DNA of 64,000 nucleotides from Candidatus Micrarchaeota archaeon (GTDB lineage Archaea; Micrarchaeota; Micrarchaeia; Norongarragalinales; Norongarragalinaceae): NCBI GenBank assembly GCA_016207165.1, contig JACQQD010000008.1, positions 117,447 to 181,446 of the forward strand, read 5' to 3'. Shown piece by piece: positions 57,464 to 64,000 of this stretch (position 1 is its first letter; each line of letters starts with the position of its first letter). The notes under the pieces were generated by a model. It saw only the letters and a program-made list of their open reading frames with translations, ran no database searches and was not told where the DNA came from. The position numbers and the translations under genes were made by a program.

Positions 57464-59146
57464 ATGAAGCACGTCAAGACTTGGTTTTCGCTTGGGTTCG
57501 CGTTGGTGCTGGAGGCCATCAGTTTGGGGGCCGTCTTCTTTACGTCGGCCTCCGACGTGGCGCGGTATTTGGTGTTGGCGGGCGTCGCCGTGCAGGCGAT
57601 GGCTGTTTATTCGTTGAAGAAGGACCGGCGGGCCGCGTTTGCCATCACAGCCATTGCGTTGTCGTCCATGATTTGGTTCTTCTATTTGGCGTATTCCACG
57701 TTGTCGCTTTGGCCCAAGGTGTTCGGGTGTTTGGGCGTGTTGGTGGCGACCGGGTTTGCGTTCCACAAGATGACGGGCGTGGACTCGTTTTACGGCTTTT
57801 TGATGGTCCGGTCTCTGGCGGGTTTTGACGTGATGAAGTCCGTGGCCAAAAACCACCCGAAGTTTTCGCGGTGGATCACGGATTTTGGGGCGACCATGAC
57901 GTTCGGCGTGCCGTGGGGCTTCAAGACGTACGGCGTCCAACGGGTTGCCGGGCACGCACTGTTGCTTCTGTTCTTGTTGGGCGTTTTGGTGGTGACGCCG
58001 TTTTTCGGCGCGTTTCGGGCGCCTCTTGAAGTCGTGGCCGCCGTCACGTTGTTGTTCGGCTTCATTGGTTTTGGCTTGCTTTCGCTTTTGTCAAGCGCGT
58101 ACAACGTGTTGACGGTGCCCAACGCCCCTCCGGGCGTGCAACTCTTGATTCCGGGGGTGACGCTTCCGTGGGAAAGCGTTTTCGCCATCGCCGTGATTGC
58201 CATCGTGCACGAAGTCGCGCACGGGGTTTTGGCGTATGTGGAGAAGCTGGAGTTGAAGTCGTCGGGTGTGGTGTTGTTTGGTTTCTTGCCCGTGGGCGCG
58301 TTTGTCGAGCCGGACGAGGAAAAATTGGATAAGTTGGCGTTGGAGAAGAAGCGCCGCATCTTGGTGGCCGGCTCCACGTCGAACACGCTTTTTTTCGTGG
58401 TTTTCTTCGCGTTGGCCTTTGTCGCGTCGCTTTTGATTCCGCCGCTTACAGCGGGTGTTCAGGCAGGGATGATTCCCGACAACTCGACGCTTTCCGGGGT
58501 TTTAAGCGCGGGTGCCGTGTTGGTGTCTTTGGATGGAACGCGGGTGCCGTTGGCGCAGGACGTGTACGCGGCGGCCAACGCCACGCACAATCCGCAAGTG
58601 GTTTTTGACGATGGTGGCCGGATTGTTTCCGTGCCGTTGATGGAGGTCGTCATCACTTCCGTGAATCCGGGTTACCCGGCGTTTGGGGTTCTGGAGGAGG
58701 GCGACCGGATTTTGGCGGTGGACGGCCAGCCCGTGCGGGTGTTGGGGGATGCCACGCAGGCCATTGCGGGAAAGAGCGAGGGTGACGTGGCGGTGGTGAC
58801 CACGCCGCGGGGCAACCACTCGGTTTTTTTGGGTGCCGAGAACCGCATCGGCGTCATGCTGGGCTTGGCGCCGGCGGTGTTGGTGGAAAACACGCCTTTG
58901 CCGGGTTTTGAGTGGGCGTACGGGGCCGCCGCGTTCTTGGTGGTGGTCTTGTCGTTGACCTACATCTTGAATTTCCTGATTGCCGTGGTCAACGTGTTGC
59001 CGTTGTTCATCACGGACGGACAGAAGATGTTGTATTACGAGTTGGAGGCTTGGCTTGGAAAGCCTTGGGCCGTTCGGTTGTCGGTGGCCGCGGGCATGGC
59101 GGTGCTCGCGATTGTCTTGGTCAACGCGTCGCCGTTTTTCTTTTGA
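57464..59146 (+). CDS. Site-2 (M50) intramembrane metalloprotease with PDZ domain
   Basis: HEVAH, GAFVEPDE, AGS, GDRILAVDG, NVLPLFITDG. Confidence 0.9.
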   Translation: MKHVKTWFSLGFALVLEAISLGAVFFTSASDVARYLVLAGVAVQAMAVYSLKKDRRAAFAITAIALSSMIWFFYLAYSTLSLWPKVFGCLGVLVATGFAFHKMTGVDSFYGFLMVRSLAGFDVMKSVAKNHPKFSRWITDFGATMTFGVPWGFKTYGVQRVAGHALLLLFLLGVLVVTPFFGAFRAPLEVVAAVTLLFGFIGFGLLSLLSSAYNVLTVPNAPPGVQLLIPGVTLPWESVFAIAVIAIVHEVAHGVLAYVEKLELKSSGVVLFGFLPVGAFVEPDEEKLDKLALEKKRRILVAGSTSNTLFFVVFFALAFVASLLIPPLTAGVQAGMIPDNSTLSGVLSAGAVLVSLDGTRVPLAQDVYAAANATHNPQVVFDDGGRIVSVPLMEVVITSVNPGYPAFGVLEEGDRILAVDGQPVRVLGDATQAIAGKSEGDVAVVTTPRGNHSVFLGAENRIGVMLGLAPAVLVENTPLPGFEWAYGAAAFLVVVLSLTYILNFLIAVVNVLPLFITDGQKMLYYELEAWLGKPWAVRLSVAAGMAVLAIVLVNASPFFF

Positions 59147-59186
59147 TTCTTTCTGCAAGCCTTTCGCAGTCGAGCAAACCTGGAGT

Positions 59187-59609
59187 CTACGTCGCCCAGT
59201 TTCTGATTGTTGCGCGAACCGGTAGACTACGCATGGAGTCTCTTTCCAGATTCGTGGTCATGGTTAGAATGATGTGGGGAAAAAGTTCGGGGTGGGCGAT
59301 GATGCTGATGCCGACGTTCTGCCGGCCCATTTCTTCGGCGTGGCGTTTCGCGTAGTCGATGATTCTTTTTGCCCGAATTTCATACACTTTTTCGGGGTCT
59401 TCAATTTTTGGATGCGTTAGGTCCAGGGCCACTTTCCAGTCTTCAAGGTTCGTGCGGTTTTTTAGATTTTGGCTGTGGAATGGGGTTTGATACGACGTGC
59501 CGGTGGCTTCCAGGCGGAGGCGGTTTTGGGCGTTGAGCGCGGTTCGTTCCGGACGAGCGGAGGGGTTTTGGTGGCGTTGAACTCCTTCAAGAAATTTGGA
59601 TAGCGTCAT
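59187..59609 (-). CDS. Hypothetical protein
   Basis: 140-aa ORF filling the gap. Confidence 0.5.
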   Translation of the reverse strand: MTLSKFLEGVQRHQNPSARPERTALNAQNRLRLEATGTSYQTPFHSQNLKNRTNLEDWKVALDLTHPKIEDPEKVYEIRAKRIIDYAKRHAEEMGRQNVGISIIAHPELFPHIILTMTTNLERDSMRSLPVRATIRNWAT

Positions 59610-59623
59610 TCGTTCATTGCCGG

Positions 59624-59971
59624 TTACTTCTTGAGTTTTTCGTCCAACAGTTCCTTGACTTGGTCGATGGTGGCGTAGTTGAGGGGGTTGATGGAGTCCA
59701 GGACGTACTTCATTTCTTCGACTTTCTGGGCCATTTCCGCGACTTGGGTTTTCAGTTCGTCCAGGTCCCCGGAGGATGCGCTGGCGCCGGCTTCGTCCTT
59801 GGCGCCGCCTCCGCCTTCGTGGACTTGGTCGCGCAGGCTCAAGAGCGTTCGGCCCGTGATTTCCTGGTTTTTTTCGAGGGTCTTGAGTTTGCCGGCCAAC
59901 AAGTTGATTTTGGAGTCGATGGTCTTCAGTTGGGTGTGGACGTCTTCAAGTTGGTTGGCGGGCTTGGCCAT
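59624..59971 (-). CDS. Coiled-coil hypothetical protein
   Basis: MAKPANQLE...INPLNYATIDQVKELL. Confidence 0.7.
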   Translation of the reverse strand: MAKPANQLEDVHTQLKTIDSKINLLAGKLKTLEKNQEITGRTLLSLRDQVHEGGGGAKDEAGASASSGDLDELKTQVAEMAQKVEEMKYVLDSINPLNYATIDQVKELLDEKLKK

Positions 59972-60010
59972 AAACCTTGTTAAACGATGGCGGCTACTTA
60001 ATCGTTTGCC

Positions 60011-62389
60011 ATGCGAGCCTGGTTGTTGGACGTCGACTACGTGCATGCCAAGCGCGCGCTCCGGTTGTTGTTGAAGGCCAACGGCAAGACGGTGCGCGCC
60101 TACGACTCATTCCAGCCGTACTTTTACTTGTTGCCCAAGGACCCCGCTTCGGCCGAAGATGCGGTGCGCAGTGCGTCGGCCGTCAAAGACGGTGAAGTGG
60201 TCAAAATCCAGGACGTTTCCTGGGTGGAGAAATCGTTTTACGGAAAGAAGGTTCATCTGCTTCGGTTGGGCGTGGCGCACCCAGGGCTGGTGCCGCCGTT
60301 GAGCGATGCCGTCAAGCATTTGGGTTCGTGTTTGGAGAACAATATCTTGTTTACCCGCCGGTACTTGATCGACAAGGGTTTGGTTCCCGGCGACCAGGTG
60401 GACGTGACGCTCAAGGACAAGTGGGTGCAATCCATCGCCCGCGTGCCAGCCGTTGGATTGCCGGACTGGAACGTTTTGAGTTTTGACATCGAGACGTACA
60501 ACCCGTCCGGCATGCCGGACGCGCGAAAGGATCCCATGATCATGGTCTCGTACGCGGACGACGGCGAGTCCAAGGTGTTGACGTATTCGCCGCGGACCGA
60601 GGCGTTTTGCGAATCCTTGGAATCTGAAAAGGCCGTTTTGGAGCGTTTTTCGAAGGTGCTTCGGGAGAAAAAGGTGGACGTGTTGTGCACGTACAACGGC
60701 GACGTGTTCGACTTGCCGTACGTGCGTGAACGCATCCAGCGGGTGGGCGCCAACGCTCCGTTGGGCCGGGACGTGATGCCGCCGAAATCCAAGAAGCTGG
60801 GGTTGCGGGAGGTTACGCGTTTGGGCGGCCGCATCCATTTCGACGTGTACAACACCATGTATTTCTTGAATTACATTGGCGCGGTGCGGCTTCAGCGGTT
60901 GACGTTGGAAAAGACGTACGAAGGGCTTTTGGGTAAAACCAAGGTGGATTTCCCGAAGAACCAAATCGTGGCGGCGTGGGACCAGAAAGGAAAACTCCTG
61001 GATGACTTGATCGAGTACAGTCGGCAGGACGCGGTGGCCTGTCTGGAGTTGGCGCAGTACGCGTTGCCTCTGTTTGTGGCCATGGGCCGCGTGACGGGGT
61101 TGACGTTGTTGGACGCGTCGCGTTTTACCGCCGGGCAATTGGTGGAAGCGTTGCTGATGCGAAAGTCGTTCCAGCGCAACGAAGTCGTGCCGCCCAAGCC
61201 GACGCCGGAGGAAGTCGCGTCCCGCACGGCCGAGCCGATCCAGGGCGCGTTCGTGAAACTGCCGCAGCCGGGGTTGTATGAAGACTTGGCCGTGTTTGAC
61301 TTCAAGAGCTTGTACCCGTCCATCATCATTTCCCACAACATTGATCCTTCGACGTTGAACTGCACGTGTTGCCGTGACCCGCATGTCTCGCCGCTGGGCC
61401 ACCGTTTCTGCAGGAAGCGCCAGGGCCTTATTCCCGCGATGCTTGACGAGGTTCTGGCCACTCGTTTTGCTTTGCAGGCGGAGATGAGAAACCACGCCAA
61501 GGACTCGCCCAAGTACAAGGAACTCTACGCCCGGCAGTGGGCGCTCAAGATTTTGGCGAATTCCACGTACGGGGTCCTTCTGTATCCTCGGTTCCGTTGG
61601 TTCCGCCGCGAGTGCGGGGAATCCGTGACGGCGTTCGGCAGGCAGTACATCCAGGACGCGATTGCGCAAGCGGAAAAAACGGGGTTTGACGTGCTTTATT
61701 CCGACACGGATTCCGTTTTCTTGAAGTATTCGGGCAAAACCAGGGATGACGTGCTGTCGTTTGCCACGTCGTACAATGCCACGCTTCCGGAGCGGATGCA
61801 GTTGGAGTTGGAGGACTTTTATCCCAGGGGAATTTTCGTGTCCAAGAAACAGGAGGAAAAGGGAGCCAAGAAGAAGTACGCGTTGATCAACGAGCAGGGG
61901 GCCATCAAGATCCGCGGGTTTGAACTGGTGCGTCGGGACTGGAGCCGCGTGGCGCGGGACACGCAGCGGAAAGTCTTGGAGATTTTGTTGAAGGAAGGCG
62001 ACGTACCCAAAGCCATGGCGTTGGTGCGGGACGTGATTTGCGATTTGAAGGATGGGAAAACCCCGTTGGAGGATTGCGTGATTTGGACGCAGTTGCGCAA
62101 GAAAGTGTCTTCGTACGAGATACAAAGCCCCGAGGTTTCCGCCGTGATTTCCGCGCGCAAAGAGGGGTTGGACATTCCGGAGGGCGCGCTGGTGGGTTAC
62201 GTGGTGACGCGCCAAGGCAAAAGCATTTCCGAGAAAGCCCAGGTCCAGGAGCTGGCCAAGGATTACGACGCGGATTACTACGTCAACCACCAAGTATCGC
62301 CGGCCGTCCTGAAAATCGTGGGTGCCTTGGGTTACGACAAGGACTCGATTAAGCTTAAGGGTCAGCAGACGAGTTTGGGTTCTTGGTAG
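60011..62389 (+). CDS. polB: Family B DNA polymerase
   Basis: FDIET, YNGDVFD, DFKSLYPSII, KILANSTYG, YSDTDS, PIP-like QTSLGSW; no intein. Confidence 0.97.
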   Translation: MRAWLLDVDYVHAKRALRLLLKANGKTVRAYDSFQPYFYLLPKDPASAEDAVRSASAVKDGEVVKIQDVSWVEKSFYGKKVHLLRLGVAHPGLVPPLSDAVKHLGSCLENNILFTRRYLIDKGLVPGDQVDVTLKDKWVQSIARVPAVGLPDWNVLSFDIETYNPSGMPDARKDPMIMVSYADDGESKVLTYSPRTEAFCESLESEKAVLERFSKVLREKKVDVLCTYNGDVFDLPYVRERIQRVGANAPLGRDVMPPKSKKLGLREVTRLGGRIHFDVYNTMYFLNYIGAVRLQRLTLEKTYEGLLGKTKVDFPKNQIVAAWDQKGKLLDDLIEYSRQDAVACLELAQYALPLFVAMGRVTGLTLLDASRFTAGQLVEALLMRKSFQRNEVVPPKPTPEEVASRTAEPIQGAFVKLPQPGLYEDLAVFDFKSLYPSIIISHNIDPSTLNCTCCRDPHVSPLGHRFCRKRQGLIPAMLDEVLATRFALQAEMRNHAKDSPKYKELYARQWALKILANSTYGVLLYPRFRWFRRECGESVTAFGRQYIQDAIAQAEKTGFDVLYSDTDSVFLKYSGKTRDDVLSFATSYNATLPERMQLELEDFYPRGIFVSKKQEEKGAKKKYALINEQGAIKIRGFELVRRDWSRVARDTQRKVLEILLKEGDVPKAMALVRDVICDLKDGKTPLEDCVIWTQLRKKVSSYEIQSPEVSAVISARKEGLDIPEGALVGYVVTRQGKSISEKAQVQELAKDYDADYYVNHQVSPAVLKIVGALGYDKDSIKLKGQQTSLGSW

Positions 62390-62445
62390 TTCCGGCTGGA
62401 CTTTGTTCCGAAGGATTAATACTCTTCTTTTGCGTGACTCAGGCT

Positions 62446-64000
62446 ATGGAGTCTGGTGGAAGAATCTTTTTTCTTGCGTTTTTTTTCTTGGTTTTGGCTT
62501 CGTCCAGTCTTTCCGCGGAAGTTTCCGTTCGGTACGGCGCGTGCCGGGATGTCTCGATTCTGTTTGACCAGCAGATTGTCGGAGCCTCGGATTCCACCGT
62601 GGGATCCGAAACCATCAAGGCGGGACTGGGTTTTTGTCCGGCGACCGACGAGTTTTTGGTGGGCATCAGCCAGCCGCGAATTCCGGCTTTTGATCCTTTG
62701 AATCCGTCGTCCTCGTTTCCATTGGAGGCCGCGGCGCGGTGTTGCCGGTTGGAAGTCGTGGATGGCGACCGCGTGCTGCCGGTTCTCATCAGCAAAAGCG
62801 GTCCGCCGGAGTGCAGCAATGCGTTGAATCCGGGTTCGTACTTGCCGCGTCCAAGTTACGCGCACAGCGCGTCGTTTGCCTTTGTGGACACGTGGCCTAA
62901 CTACGTGGCCGGCGACCAAAACGGTGTGGGGGCCATTTACGCGTGCAACCAGCCCAGTTACACGCAGAACCATCCTTTTTCCTCTACGCCGGGCACGTTT
63001 AATGCCGGTGGTTCTTTCAACTGGAAAACCAGCCATTTTGCGGGCGCGGTCGTGTATACGGGGTCTGGAACGAATTTGGCGACGCCGGCGTGTTGTTCCG
63101 CCCAAGTCGTGTATCCGGACGGGGCCTCGCGTGCTTTTACGGCGACGGGTTTTACGTGGCAAGGCTTTTCGTCATCGCTTCGCGGTCTTTCCGCTTCCAT
63201 TTGCCCAGACGGCCAGGTGGTGGTGGGCACCAACTTGGGCGTGCCGATTGGCGGCGCGTCGACCAACGGGGTATTCTGCGCCAAGCCCGTGCCCCCGCAG
63301 GTCAGCGTGCCGGCGCCCGCCGGCCAGTGCACGGTGACGACGACCACGACATGCCAAAAGACGGTGACGGAGTCGGTGGCGGGTTCCTGTAGTGGCGTGT
63401 GTCAAGGTCAGTGTCCTAGTGATTTCGTGGTTTCTTCCAGTTCGTGCGAACAACAGTCCACGGCGTACGGCTTGCTGTGCATGGGCGGATCGGTTTCCTG
63501 CACTCGGCAAACCCAGACCACGTACACGTCTACGACGGGTTGCCTGTCCGGCGACGTGCCCATATCGAGTTTCACGCAGCAGTCGGGTTGCGAGGCGGGT
63601 TGCTTTGACGGGGTTCTTTTTGGCCAGGGTGCTTGCGTGGGCAATTCGTGTCAGTACTCGGGTGGTTCGCTGTGTCCGGTGCCGGCTTCGGTGTTAGGGC
63701 AACCGTACTGTCAAGGCGGGAACGTGGTGCGGGACAAGACCGTGTACGCGCCGTCGTGCAACGGGCCCGCGTGTTCGACGACGTCCACCAATGTTCGCGA
63801 AACCCTGGAGTCTTGTCCGTTTGGTTGCGATGCGGCCACGGCGTCCTGCAACCCCGCGCCGTCGGCGTCTCCTTCGCCTTCTCCTACTCCGAATGCGTGT
63901 AATACGCAGGGTGGGGAGTGTCGTTTGGAGGGGGCTTGTCCTTCGGAGTGGTTGGTTTCGGATCCGGATGGGGTGGCGCGGTCGGCGTGCAGTTCCGGTC
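62446..64000 (+). CDS. Large Cys-rich secreted/surface protein (partial, runs off the window)
   Basis: Not in the ORF track because it has no stop; MESGGRIFFLAFFFLVLASSSLSA signal peptide, many Cys, PSASPSPSPTP linker near the end. Confidence 0.8.
   Translation, partial: MESGGRIFFLAFFFLVLASSSLSAEVSVRYGACRDVSILFDQQIVGASDSTVGSETIKAGLGFCPATDEFLVGISQPRIPAFDPLNPSSSFPLEAAARCCRLEVVDGDRVLPVLISKSGPPECSNALNPGSYLPRPSYAHSASFAFVDTWPNYVAGDQNGVGAIYACNQPSYTQNHPFSSTPGTFNAGGSFNWKTSHFAGAVVYTGSGTNLATPACCSAQVVYPDGASRAFTATGFTWQGFSSSLRGLSASICPDGQVVVGTNLGVPIGGASTNGVFCAKPVPPQVSVPAPAGQCTVTTTTTCQKTVTESVAGSCSGVCQGQCPSDFVVSSSSCEQQSTAYGLLCMGGSVSCTRQTQTTYTSTTGCLSGDVPISSFTQQSGCEAGCFDGVLFGQGACVGNSCQYSGGSLCPVPASVLGQPYCQGGNVVRDKTVYAPSCNGPACSTTSTNVRETLESCPFGCDAATASCNPAPSASPSPSPTPNACNTQGGECRLEGACPSEWLVSDPDGVARSACSSG

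Noticed and set aside
60107-62293. 728-aa antisense ORF over polB (and similar ones at 36798-38393, 16931-18142, 25303-26397)
   Set aside because: Shadow ORFs opposite clear genes, expected from GC-rich codon bias; no recognisable motifs

Overview
Archaeal chromosomal segment, inferred to be DPANN and probably Ca. Micrarchaeota, from PolB, FEN1, aMBF1, Nmd3, a beta-CASP RNase, DUF2070, the thiolase/HMG-CoA synthase/DUF35 triad and an intron-containing tRNA. It carries a complete classical mevalonate pathway cluster (13.1-23.7 kb), ppsA, trxB, corA, several glycosyltransferases, many toxin-antitoxin genes and lineage-specific orphans. Three things stand out. (1) Two ~2 kb integrase-less cassettes sit in tandem at the 3' end of tRNA-Gly(CCC); each has conserved ~110 bp left and right ends and carries Fic/TA cargo. 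(2) A TA-flanked palindromic mini-element occurs as 45, 91 and 205 bp versions with compensatory base changes; the longest copy holds two nested 57-bp double-hairpin inserts and splits a small ORF in frame. (3) A 1860-aa protein with a signal peptide carries a hydrophobic translocation-like region, three FHA domains and a PP2C phosphatase. All annotation is by eye from motifs; no database searches were run.
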